A stretch of DNA of 64,000 nucleotides, from the NCBI RefSeq assembly GCF_009914755.1, contig NC_060925.1, one strand, 5' to 3'. The notes beneath the pieces were generated by a model. That model ran no database searches. It was not told the DNA's origin and saw nothing but the letters and a program-made list of their open reading frames with translations. Numbering within the stretch: the stretch's first letter is position 1; every line of letters begins with the position of its first letter. Shown here piece by piece: positions 17,964-58,884 of this stretch. Both the position numbers and the translations under genes were made by a program. This DNA comes from the human T2T-CHM13v2.0 reference genome, Homo sapiens.

Positions 17964-19256
17964 TAAATGTTAGCTATTGTCATTGTTCAGGGCAGAGCAC
18001 TGGGTCTCAGAACAAGGCACTATCACTGTCCTTAAGGGGCTCACAGCATACAGAGACTGGCGAATAGACAACCCCATGTTAAGTCAGCTATGAAGGTGAG
18101 CAAGGGGCCATGGGAGAAAAGGAAACTTAACCTGGCCTGGATCAGTGCTTTGGGGAGGCATAGGGTACTCAAGGAAGGCTTCCTGGAAGTGGTGACATGA
18201 CGGCTGAATCATGAATGATACACTGTGCTCACCGGGTGGATAAGAAAAGCAATGGCTGTCCAGGCAGAGGGCTCAGCTCGTGCAAGGGCCTGGAGGCATT
18301 CAGGATGTCTGCAGCCGCCAGTGGCAGGCACCAAACCTGGAGAGGGAGGCAGGGCCTTGCCTTCCAAAGGCCTTGAATGCCAGACTAAGAGATTAGGATT
18401 TCATTCCAGAAGTGCCAGGGAGACCCTGAAGTGAGACAGGATAAACTTCACCCTTTGGAATGGTTGCCCTGAAGCTGAGTGGAGGATGGCACAGAGGCGT
18501 GGAGGGGGTGAGGCAGGAGGCGGAGTCCCGGAGCCCAAGCCCCTAACTCCCAGCTCCCAGCCATACTCCCTCTGTGAGGGCAGTGGTGGGAGCCGGAGCT
18601 CAGCAGGACCAGAGAAGTTATTAATCGCTTCACGACATTGCAGGCCATGGTCCATTTGCTGCTTTTCCCGGTCTGTTTTGAAACTGTGAAATGAGCCCCA
18701 GTCTTCAAAGCGCCTGTAATAACCATCCTGATTCTGACATTTAAATTACAGATGGCATTTTCAATTAAACAGGCACTCTCAGCAGGTTTAATTTAGCTAT
18801 CAGTTCTGGTCTGTTCTTTAAGTGCTTAAAAAAGAAAGGCCAGTGAATTCTAGGTCTCCCTCCAGGAGGAGGGAGGAAGGAGAGTCTTTTGAGATATGAC
18901 ACCACCTCTCATCTTCCAGCTCCCATGGGGTCTCACACAGCCTCCTGTAAACAGTCACACTCCACTGAATTCACCCTCGTGCACACCCAGAAGCACTCAC
19001 AAAACCACACACAAATGCAAATGCAGCCTTCTAGCCACAAATGCCAGCAGCTCTGGGGGCCATGGCTGCCACAAGTGTTTGAAGGCTGTGCCTCTCCCAT
19101 CCGATTAGAGAGACAGTAAGATGGAGATGCTGGAGCCAGATGAACTTGGACAGAAGTCCATGCTCTACCGCTAACTAGCTGTGTGACCTGGGCAGCCTAT
19201 TCAGCCTTGCTGAGCCTCCGTTCTCTCCCTCGTAAAATAAGAATAAAGAGGAGGCC

Positions 19257-19954
<698 letters not shown>

Positions 19955-20790
19955 GGGGCTCTTCCTTCAGGATCCACACTCCTCACAGCTCAGGTCTCTG
20001 GGTCTCAGAGGCTGGCAGGGCGCTGTCCGCAGTGCTGAAGCGCCTCTCTCTAGGTCCGGGTTCCACATGGTTTCCCTTCCATCCTCCAGCCTGGTTGGCA
20101 GGCTGTGAAAATTCTCCCCACCCTAAGGCAGCTGCTGCAGGTGATCTGAATGGCACAAGACCAGATCTCTCCCTAAAGGTCTGCCTCCCCACATTCCAAA
20201 GTGACTAAAACTCAGGGCTGGGGTGCAAAGTCACTCAAAGGAAAAGCATCACTGGTCCCCAACCGCCAGACCCTGTGGACACAGGAAACACCCGGCTTCA
20301 GCTAAGCAAAAGTGCAGCTGCTGGACTCTGGCAAGTTTTGTCTGCGGTGTCTGTTGTGCCAGGTAGATCCCTGCTCTTCTTGTGGGTTCTGGACAGGGTA
20401 TGGATGGGCTGTCTTCTCTGGCCACAGTGTGTGCTGACTTCCAGTATTTGAGGGAGATGCTGGCTTTGGAGAAACCTCATATGGCTGCGTAGTGTGTATT
20501 TGCATGGACTGCCTGTCCCTTCACAGCCAGACCAACATTTTCTCAGGTGGAATTAGCACTGATGGGGGAGAAGACAGGGATTATCACCTCGACATTATAG
20601 TCTAGCTCACCAAGGCCCAGAGAAAACCAGCAATCCACCCAAGGGGTCAGGTCAGGCCTAGAGCTCCAGTCTACCCTCAAAGCTAACTGACTGGGTAAAT
20701 GTTCTCCCAAAGACATTAGAAATTGAGGAATGGGGTCAGACTGCAGCCCAGAATCTGGTGAAAACAGTATCTCCCAGTCTGTACGTTTGC

Positions 20791-27052
<6,262 letters not shown>

Positions 27053-27352
27053 AATCAGAAAGGGGAAGAGGGACTTTTCCATTACCAAATTGTTAAACAT
27101 ATGTTTCCACTGAGAAATCTAAGAGGAAATTCATTTTACCTTCCCTGACCACTTAGCCAAAATAGCCCCCAAACACCTAGCATCCCTCCTACTGCCTGGG
27201 GTAATGGTACGCACAGACACTCTGGAGCCCAGTGTCCTCGTCATCTCCAACTCTTTCTGCTCTTCCTCACCTGGGAGCCCCCAGCTTCTGTCCTTGCTCT
27301 GTCCCCCAGCATGTGGCCCCTTCTGATTCTGTACCCCAGCAAAGTCATTAAA

Positions 27353-27621
27353 ACTTAAGCTGGTGAGGCAGGAGAATCACTTGAACCTGGGAGGCGGAGG
27401 TTTCAGTGAACTGAGATTGCGCCATTGCACTCCAGCCTGGACGACAGAGCGAGACTCCATCTCAAAAAAAAAAAAAAAAAAAAACAGCAACACAACCCAC
27501 AACTCCCCTCTTTCCCTCCTGCGGACTGAAAATGTTTGCTTGGCTCTGTGAAAATAATGTTAATTAAAAGTCTATATACACATATAAAATGTCAATTTAA
27601 AGAAAAAAAGACTTAAGCTGG
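27353..27621 (+). pseudogene. 5'-truncated retrocopy of a transcript 3' end (Alu right arm, A21, ~114 nt non-Alu sequence with ATTAAA, A-rich tail) flanked by TSDs
   Basis: TSD ACTTAAGCTGG at 27353-27363 and 27611-27621; TTAAAA endonuclease site; ATTAAA at 27563-27568. Confidence 0.7.
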
Positions 27622-28216
27622 AAAGCCAGCTTCAACTCCTTATTCATTGCATGACCCTGGCAAGCTACCCTGCATCTCTGAGTCTTAGCTCTTTTATCTA
27701 AGGGGGCCACTGCACAGATTAAATGAGCCTGTGCACTGAGCTCATGAACTGGCGCTCTAGGTCCTCAGCAAATGCCTGTCATCGCCATCATTGCTGCCAT
27801 CAGCATCATCACCATCGTCATCATCCTGATCATCCTGCTCCTCTTGGGAAATTTGGTTTCATCAAACAAGATTGTCAGCAGCTGATGTCTAAACCCCCAT
27901 CCCTAGCTCCTGCTGAACAGAGCAAAGGTTTTTCCTTAATGGAAACGATATCATATCTGCTTCCTAGAGCATTTATATCTTATAGGGCAGAGCACATAGT
28001 AGGTCCTCAGGAAACTCTCTGGGTCACCTTCCTACATCTCCAAGCTCACGTCAGATCACCTCCTCACTTGCTCACTGCTCCAGCCATGCTGGCTGCCTTT
28101 CTGACCTGTGAATAAGTTCATTCCCATGTCGGAGCCTTTGGCTGCCTCTGCAGTGCTCTTTCCCCAGAGCCGTATGGCTGGTTTCTCGTCATCATGTGAT
28201 TCAAGTGTCACTTCCA

Positions 28217-29835
<1,619 letters not shown>

Positions 29836-31910
29836 CTATCTGCTGTCTCTCGCTTCAACTGTCCCCACTGTCCTAGAGACAGCCCTGGGGTGCCCCCTGC
29901 TGGACGCCACACAGGTTTTTCCTTACAGGCAGCTGGTATATGCCATCCTATAACGTTTACACGTGGGTCCAGCTCTGTCCTCCAGGGTAGGGGACAGTAA
30001 TGCTGAGAGGAGTTAAGAGCACTCACTTAAGAGCCAGATGTGCCTGGATGGGAGCTTCTGCTTCTCCAGTTACTCTGTGTCACTTGCCAGAAAACCGTAA
30101 AAGGGATGACCATGCCCTCTCCCCTGTCCCACCTGACTGGACTGTAGGGTGGTGTGATAGGACGTGCCCTATGCCCAGTGAGCCTTCTGGCCCACCTCAC
30201 ACAGCCCTTTGAAGGCTGAGAAGCAGTTGTCTTATCTTCCTGACCTAAACACCACTGGTGTACCCGATGTCCCTCTAGTGACAGCAAGAGTGAGCCTGAG
30301 GCCCCTCCGGTCTCCTCTGAGGGCCCCATGCTCTGGGGAGAGACCACAGCAGGCTCAGAGCCTCTGGGCTTCTGGGCAGGGCTTCTGGCTCCTTCCTCAG
30401 GCTCTTGGCTGCAGGTGGCCTTCTGGTCTTGCACCTTCCTCCCACCCATCTCCCTGCCTTCCTGGCTGCCCTGCTTTCCCTGTCCCCGGTCAGTCCGGTC
30501 TGTCGTGAGCCCAGAGGCCTCTCCTGCCTCACTCTGCACCTGTTCCCGCCCTTGGCTTTGGTTGCTGGCCACAGACACTGCAACTCCTATACCTGCATCG
30601 GCAGCCCAGGGCCCCACACTCTTTATGGGCCTCTTTCCCGAACGTCCCATGCGCACCTGAAACTCAGGGGCGCTCCCCTCCACCTGCAGCACATTCCACA
30701 CCCCCCACATTCCTATGCTGACCTCCAGTCCTTGAAGGGCCAGGCCCTACCTGGCCTCCTGGCCCCTCATGCCCATGACCTGTCTCCATCTTCAGTTTCC
30801 TCCCATAGCCCAGTGCAGGCTCCGGTCCTTTCTCCACTCACCCCATCTCCTCTTAACCTGGCTCCCCACATGCCCACCCTTAGTCTCCCACCCCTAAGCA
30901 TGGGAGCTCATGGGGTGAGCCTGTTCCTCCATAGCCCTTCATCAAGCTGGACCCTGAGGGCAAGGCATCAGTTCCTTTGTCTGATTGGCAGCTCGGGTGA
31001 ACATGGACTGTGCCTTCCCCAGCAGACTGAAATCCCCCAGACAGGACGGAGGGCATCCTTATGGAAGAGGTTATGCCTCTCCCTTGAAACTGAGAGTTTT
31101 CTGAAGTCAAGGTTTTGTCTCCCTTGTCAGACTGAGGATGCCCCCAGAGCAGGGGCTGCATCTCCACCACTGCACTGGAGGGCCCAGGACACTGGCTCCC
31201 CCTCCCCTTGGGTCCCACCCTTCATGTGGCCAGGCTGCTGATTCTTCCTGGGAAGGAGTCTCTTATTCCCCACCGTAACTTCAGGGCCCCCACACATGAC
31301 CTGGCCTGGGGTTGGGGCTCTGGGAATTGTAAATAAATGAACTAGTGAATGAATAAACAATTGCAGGCAGGCCCCAGCTTGAACCCTGCAATCCCACCAG
31401 AACAGCAGGTAGCATCAGGGTTCAGAACCGAGGCAAAGCTGGAGACTCTCGGTGATTTTACTGGTCTCCATTTCAGGAGAGGAGGGCAGAGGGTTCCAGG
31501 CCCTTCAAATGCCCACCCCTAGGACCAGCAGCTGACAGTCTTTGGAAGGGGCTGGGTCGGCCGGAAGGAGCGTGCCGGAGCACAGAGTCTGGCACAAGAC
31601 CCTCCCCACCTCCCCTCCCCCAGGCCAAAGCCTGGGCCAACCTCTGGGCCAGGTTTGGAAAAGGGCCAATGAGACCAGATGCTAATGACTCCAGGGGGTG
31701 GGCACGAACTAAGAGAAACCCCAAACCAATCCTTTTTGTGCTTCCCCATCCCCACCTCCCATCCCCTACCCCAGGCCCCTCACCTCCATCCCTGGGCCCA
31801 AGAGAACTGGTACCCTAGACCCTAGCACAGTCCACACCCACCCCAGTTGCCAATCAGACAAAGGAACTGACACCTTGCCCTAGGGGCCCAGCTTGATGAA
31901 GGGCTGTGGA

Positions 31911-32050
31911 GGTTTGGGGAAGGTGAGGACGCTATGGACTAAGTTAAGGCCTATCTACTCCCAGCCTCTACCCTTCCAAGCAGCTGGGGGAGGGTGGAAG
32001 CAGGGCCGCTCAGGGCTCTACCCACATGCTGCTATTGGTCACCCGGGCCC
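31911..32050 (-). pseudogene. Duplicated fragment of the FBXO2 terminal exon (last 12 codons, stop and proximal 3'UTR)
   Basis: Ungapped match to 32631..32770 at an offset of exactly 720 nt, 16 mismatches in 140 nt; encodes ARVTNSSMWVEP*. Confidence 0.85.
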
Positions 32051-32440
32051 TGAGAACTGGTACACCCCCAACCCCACTCTGCCTTTAGTAAAGGATGGGG
32101 GGTCATAGCAAGGCTTAGGATACTCACTGGACCAAGAGAGGCCTGGAGGGCAGCCCCCCCGCCAACATGCCCTATTCTGGCCTCTGGGCAGCTTGGGTGT
32201 CGGTCAGGCGCCAGGCTCAGCTCAACCTTCCTTGGTCTCACAATCCCAGCTTTGTCCTCCCTGGCAAGGCCGGGCCCAGCTGACTCCATACTGGCCCAAG
32301 GTCCGCTGGAAACCAGAGCAGCTGGAGCCCTACCAAGTATTTTTCCAGGCTATGCCGGGGGCCCTCAGGAGACAGAAAAGGATGGGAAGGGAGCAGTGTT
32401 TATCCATTTTTTCATTCATTCCTTCCTTGGACAAATAATA

Positions 32441-32446
32441 TTTATT
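32441..32446 (-). terminator. FBXO2: FBXO2 polyadenylation signal AATAAA
   Basis: TTTATT on the + strand, ~285 nt downstream of the stop codon. Confidence 0.75.
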
Positions 32447-32729
32447 GAGAGCCCACTTTGTGGCAAGCACTGTGCTAGGTGCAGGGAATCAGCAGTGGGT
32501 CCAGTCCAAGCTCACGCCCTCACGGATCTACATTCTAGAAGCCGGCTACCTAAGCAAACCTATGCCAACAAAACTTCTCTCTCCCTGCTCAGGGGCTGGG
32601 ATCGGAGCAAGGGATGGGAGGAGGATGTGTGGCTTGGGGAAGGTGAGGACGCTATGGACTAAGTTAAGGCCTATCTACCCTCGACCTTTGCCCCTCCAGG
32701 CAGCTGGGGGAGAGCGGAGGCAGGGTCGC

Positions 32730-38392
<5,663 letters not shown>

Positions 38393-38939
38393 CGCTGCGG
38401 AGGGCGGTCGCGAGAGGAGGAGCCGGAGCGCTGCGGGCTGCGCGAGTCCCGGGGCGGCGAGTCCCGGCGCTGTCCGCGTCTGTGTCGGTCCCGGCGACCG
38501 CGCCTCTTAAAGGCCCCCGACCCGACCCGCCCCGCCCCGCCTCTGGCCCCGCGCCCGGCCGCCCCGCAGTCCCAGCAGTCTGCTCGAGGCCCGGGGCTGC
38601 GGGTTCCTCAGCGGACCGAGGAGGCTGGGAAAGGTCAGGAGTCGTTTTTTTTCCAACTGGGGAGGGGTCCGATTTGGGGCATCTCGCAGCTCGCTCCTGG
38701 GGGACTGCTGGGAGGAGGCGGCTAGGGGAGGCACGGAGAGGCTGGGTCAGGCCGAGGGTGAGGGGCGGGTGGCCCAGGCGGAGTCGGGGTATAGGAGGTG
38801 CCTTCCGCCCCACCCCCCACACCAGGTAATTTTCCTACGACGCGGTGGGGGTGCGTCCCTGGCCCAGCGCTGCGCGGGGCGGGGCGCGGGGCGCGGGGCG
38901 CGGGGGCGGGGCCTGGCGGGCCGGGGCGGGGCCTCGCTT

Positions 38940-39011
38940 CCCAGGCAAGCGCAGGTCCAGGCGGTGCAGCTTGGGCGGCCCAGCGGATCGTGCCGCGGCG
39001 GCCGAGCGCAG
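38940..39011 (+). other. FBXO44: FBXO44 non-coding first exon (5' end approximate); other candidate 5'UTR donors at 38825|GTAAT and 39758|GTAAG
   Basis: Donor CGCAG|GTGACC at 39012 inside the CpG island, upstream of the acceptors at 39864 and 39870. Confidence 0.55.
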
Positions 39012-39894
39012 GTGACCGGCAGGAGGGGGCGCGGGGGGCGCTGGGGAGGGGGCGCGGCTGGGCGGGGGCTGCCGGGAAGGCTCCTGGGTTCCGGGTCGCG
39101 CCGCAGTTGCCGAGGGAGGCCTGGCACCGACCAGGCCCAGGCCGCCGAGCTTGCCCGGGCTGCGCTGCGCGGCTGCGAACGGGGGCTGGGGTCGCCATCG
39201 ATGTACAGGGGTCCGAGCCCAGACTTTGGGGGGCATTTTAAGGCACAGCGTGGGAAGGGGAGGCTGCAGGCGCGCTGGCGGACTTGGGGCTGGCGGAGCC
39301 CAGCCGCGGGGCTGGGGGTGGGAGTGGGGGTGGGGAGATAGGAAGGGCCCTTCCCTGTCGCCCACCCTCTTGCCACTCCCACCTAGGCAGGAGATCATGT
39401 CCTCTGAGATCTTGAGAAGGTGGCTGGAGCCCTTTGGACCTCCGCGGGAGGCAGTGATAATTAGCCTCCTCCTCCCATCATGTTCTGAGGATGGGAGAGA
39501 GGATGGTGACGGCACCGGAGGCCTGGGGTGCTCTGCCCGGCTGCGCATTATATCCCCATTAAAGACTGGCCTACTGAAAAAGGCTGGCCCTGGAATCAAA
39601 GAAGATCCGGGCTTCTTCCCCCTCTGCCCTTATTTTTGACCTTGGGCAGTGCCTTCCACCTCTATTGTGAGAGGCCAGAGAAAAAAATCAGAGCTCACCT
39701 TTTATTAAAGTACCTGATGTGTCCCAAGCTCCTTGGACCGCCCCAGTGACCCCTGGAGGTAAGGCATCCATTTACAGAGAAGGAAACAGGCTGGGAGAGG
39801 CACCATGCTCTCCCGAGATAAATGGCAGAGCAGGGATGAGGCCTGCAGCATAGCTTTTCAACAGCTACAGGAGGGTGTCCAGAAGCCACAAGCC

Positions 39895-45332
<5,438 letters not shown>

Positions 45333-46327
45333 CACCCCCTGAGCCCCCATCTGCTGAACCCTGACTGGTAAACAACTGCTGTCAGAAAAGGGCTGGGCTT
45401 GGGAAGGGGAGGTGGAGGCCAGGTGTCCCCAGACCTCTAACCCTTGCCCCTAGCAGCCTCTTCTTTGTGGAGCCTCTCAGTGTGGGCAGCCCTCGCATGC
45501 TGGGGTCGGGCCAGCTCTCCCCGAAAGGTCTTGACCTGAATGATGGCCGGGGAAGCCTGCGTGTGCCCCTTTCAGAGACGGAGCACCTGAGATGTGGGAG
45601 GTGCAGCATGTTCCCCTGGGCCCCTCAGAAAGTCGAGCTTGGAGGCCAGCCTGGATCTGTCTCTCCCTTCCCCTCCTGGGACCATTCTACCTGTGTTCTT
45701 TGACCCTCGGAGCAGGGACAGGCAAGACAACTGGCAAGCTTGCAGCTGCCCTGATGGTGCAGGTGCAGGGAGGTGACCATGTAACTCTGACCAATCTGGG
45801 AAGTGGAGGGTGGGCTCATGGGCCGTGCTCTGCCCCTGTCTGCTGCTCCCAGTCTTTCGCTCTGCCTGCCTGCTCAGAAGAGGTGGCTTTGGCCCAGAGG
45901 CTCAGGCCGGGACTGAGATGGACAGACCCAGGGTGGGGTGGGGTCCAGGTCGGGTGTGGACTGTCCTCACTGTCAGTGGAGCCCCAGAAGCTAGATGGGT
46001 ACCAGGTGGGGTTAGGTTCCCAGAGGACTGAGGGAATCCTGTACAGGATGTCCCAGGGTAGATGGGGAGCAGGATTGGGACCTGCTCTGACAGCTGGACA
46101 CATGAGCCCTGGATGAGTATGGTAGGGGGTTTGAAGAATCCCCTGTCCACCTCCCAAATCCAGGCCCGGCCCCCTCTGGCTTGGAGAGCATTCCAAGCCC
46201 CCACCCCACCCCTAGAACTGCCATTCCCAAGACCTCTGTCTCCCAGCCAACCACCCTTGGAACTTGCCTCTTGTCCTGCTGGAAAGATAGCAGTGTTCTC
46301 CTGACTTCGCCCTACTGCATGCAGCCA

Positions 46328-46333
46328 AATAAA
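46328..46333 (+). terminator. FBXO44: FBXO44 proximal polyadenylation signal AATAAA
   Basis: AATAAA ~1 kb after the stop, followed by GT-rich sequence (CTGTGCCCTGTGGTTTCTG). Confidence 0.65.
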
Positions 46334-46744
46334 AGGTGTGCCCAGTCTAACCTGTGCCCTGTGGTTTCTGGAAGGAAAGGCAGACTTTAGGTGGTCCTGC
46401 CTGGACCTGCAGATGGTACAATGGCATGGCTTCTGTCTAAGGTACAGAGGGGTTGGCATTTCAGGAACCAGGCCATCACAGAAACAGGTTCATGGGCAGA
46501 CCCCTCAGTGAGCTGCAGGTATCTCACCTGGCAGCCGTCCAGTACTGCTGGCTTCCTCTGGAGGCCCAGCCACAGGCTGGGGTTGGGGTGTGTGGACATC
46601 TCTGGGCAGCTCTTGAGTCCACCTTGTGCCAGATCAGCAGTGCCACCCAGGCTCTGCCTCCTGGTGTTACTCTTTGCCAACAGCTTTACGGACATTGGAT
46701 GAAGCCGAAGCATTTAGAATGGTGCCTGGCACACAGTTGGTGCG

Positions 46745-47432
<688 letters not shown>

Positions 47433-47677
47433 GTGCTCAATAAGTACTCCTCACATTTAGCTATCTCAGTCAAGGGTGAGCTAGATAAGGGCTTTGGCCA
47501 GGGCAGGATCACCACCCACCAGCCCATGGCAAACTGCAAAAGGACGGCCTTCCACGGAGAACATGTAGCCCTGACTGCAATTAATGTGTCCTGGGCCAGT
47601 CCCCTTGTGCAGTACACAGCCTGCACAACCCTTGGTGGTTGCCTGAACAAGGTGCTTGCTAAATATTTGTTGACTGA

Positions 47678-48005
<328 letters not shown>

Positions 48006-48239
48006 TAGCACCTCAGGTTTTTTACCTTTGAGTCTATGAAGCCTGCGGAGGTCACGCCCTAGGGAAAGAAGGAGCCCACTGGGTGTCAGCTCCTGCCTCT
48101 AGGGAGGGGACCGCGGGTCAAGGGTGGAGCCCTGGGCCGCATAAGGAAGGAACTAGTGCGGAGGTCCGGGGAGCGGCCGCGCGTTCGGGAGCTTCGGCCC
48201 TGCGTAGGAGGCGGGTGCAGGTGTGGGTGCTGAGCCGCC

Positions 48240-48310
48240 CGCCGCCTGGAGGGGGAGACAGCTTCAGGACACGCAGGCCGCAGCGAGGGCCCGGGCCCTG
48301 GGGATCCCAG
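48240..48310 (+). other. FBXO6: FBXO6 non-coding exon 1 (5' end approximate)
   Basis: Donor CCCAG|GTTCGT at 48311; would join acceptor ACAG|GCCATG at 52715. Confidence 0.6.
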
Positions 48311-48769
48311 GTTCGTCTTCCCGCGGCGAGGGTTAGGGGCCGGGCCGAGAGGGACGGCAGCGGGGTCCGGGGCGGGGGTGGGGACCGAGCGCAGCGCGTG
48401 ACGCGGCGGCGGGGCCCAGCGACAACGAAGCCGAGGCCGTAGGCTCGGGCCGACCTGGAGCTCCGCCGCTGCGCCCAGGTCGCGTCCCCGGGGGGACGGG
48501 CGGCGGGCGAGTGGGGAGCCGGGGTCTCCGGCGCCTGGGCGTTCACGGAGCCTGCGGGCGCTGGTCCGGGCGGCCAGGGGTGGGGGGGCGCGGGCGGCTG
48601 GGCCCGGACTTCGACTGGGGGCCTGGCCCCGGGGCCACCCAGGCGGAGGCTCTGCGGCCGCCTCCACCCCGGCCACATCCCGAGGCCGGCGCCGGGTTCG
48701 GAGAACCGTCAAGGGACCTCCAGGCCCCCACACGCCTGCGAGATCCGGCGCTTGCCTTGCCCCAGCCAC

Positions 48770-48787
48770 AGTTTCTGTTTCCGAGAA
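48770..48787. promoter_or_regulatory. Overlapping ISRE (AGTTTCTGTTTC) and GAS (TTCCGAGAA) interferon-response element in FBXO6 intron 1
   Basis: Exact matches to AGTTTCNNTTTC (48770-48781) and TTCNNNGAA (48779-48787). Confidence 0.7.
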
Positions 48788-49074
48788 ACCGGTGAAGTAA
48801 CAATGCCACTAGAGCTTGCTGGGAGGGTGGGTGCGGAGAAGGCGAGCACGAGACGCCGGGCCGGGCAGTTGGGGACCCCGATCGGTGTGAGAGGGCTTCC
48901 TAGGGCTGGCATGGACTTCCCCACCACAAAATGCCCCGGGCCGGGGCGGGGAAGGGGCGCAAGAAAATGCGGACTGGGCCAGAGACCAGACTTCGGTCAC
49001 CACGGTGGGAAGCTATTGGTGCCTAGATGCCTCTAGCTTGGAGCCCAGTGACTTTTATTTCGTCTAGAGTCTAG

Positions 49075-52623
<3,549 letters not shown>

Positions 52624-52717
52624 GCAGGGTTGGAGAGGAGTCCCTGGCCTGGTTCCCTGGGGACCTGAGGGCCCACCTCCCTGGTCAGGCTCATAACTGC
52701 TGTTGCCCCCACAGGCC

Positions 52718-57919
<5,202 letters not shown>

Positions 57920-58076
57920 CAGCTGTCCATCCTGTGTCTGGGTCAGCCAGAGGTTCCTCCAGGCAGGAGCTGAGCATGGGGTGGGCAGTGAGGTCCCTGT
58001 ACCAGCGACTCCTGCCCCGGTTCAACCCTACCAGCTTGTGGTAACTTACTGTCACATAGCTCTGACGTTTTGTTGT

Positions 58077-58082
58077 AATAAA
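58077..58082 (+). terminator. FBXO6: FBXO6 proximal poly(A) signal AATAAA (5' copy of the Alu TSD)
   Basis: AATAAA 158 nt after the stop, just before the Alu at 58091. Confidence 0.6.
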
Positions 58083-58090
58083 TGTTTTCA

Positions 58091-58439
<349 letters not shown>

Positions 58440-58569
58440 TTAGGAGTGGGGAGAGGGGGTCCCTGGCATTTTGGTGGAGAAGCAGCCCCTCTCCCAGGTT
58501 ACCCTGGCCATACCTGTCCCTCCCACTCCAGTTAATGATGGCTCAGCTCAGCCCAGCCCTTGGGGCCCC

Positions 58570-58575
58570 TTTATT
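58570..58575 (-). terminator. MAD2L2: MAD2L2 polyadenylation signal AATAAA
   Basis: TTTATT on the + strand, ~270 nt past the stop. Confidence 0.75.
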
Positions 58576-58842
58576 GAAACAACTCACAGCACAGTATTTG
58601 AGACAGACAGTGTTGGCCGGCGGAACCCCAGGAGGCTGAGAAGTCGAGGTTGCGGCATCCCTCACTGCCCTCCTGGGGGAGGCATCCTCCAAGCAGACCT
58701 GAGCGGCCCCGGGCTGGGGCGGGCGATCCACACACAGAGGCGATAAGAGCACTTGGAATCAGGGCAGCCATGCAGCACTGCCCTAGGCGGGGATCCCCCA
58801 AAGTCTGACAGTTTGGGCATCAGTGGGGTGGCAGGTGCCCCC

Positions 58843-58884
58843 TCAGCTGCCTTTATGAGCGCGCTCTTCCACGTAAAGCTGCAT
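58843..58884 (-). CDS. MAD2L2: MAD2L2 terminal coding exon (42 nt to TGA)
   Basis: GTCAG|ATGCAG...AGCTGA. Confidence 0.94.
   Translation of the reverse strand: MQLYVEERAHKGS

Larger units (their letters stand above)
48100..49010. promoter_or_regulatory. CpG island promoter of FBXO6
   Basis: GC- and CpG-dense region containing the FBXO6 first exon. Confidence 0.8.

Noticed and set aside
27723-28115. His-rich ORF (HRHHCCHQHHHHRHH)
   Set aside because: Degenerate (CAT)n low-complexity tract beside MIR/L2 relics.
30027-31241. Long ORFs of 227 aa (-) and 278 aa (+)
   Set aside because: Pro/Leu/Ser-rich low-complexity products of C-rich DNA, partly L2-like; no domain similarity recognised.
31911-32050. 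A fourth intact FBXO paralog downstream of FBXO2
   Set aside because: Only 140 nt of homology; no other exon copies seen nearby and no in-frame acceptor.
48912-48922. NF-kB-like TGGACTTCCCC near the ISRE/GAS element
   Set aside because: One mismatch to consensus in GC-rich DNA; too weak alone.
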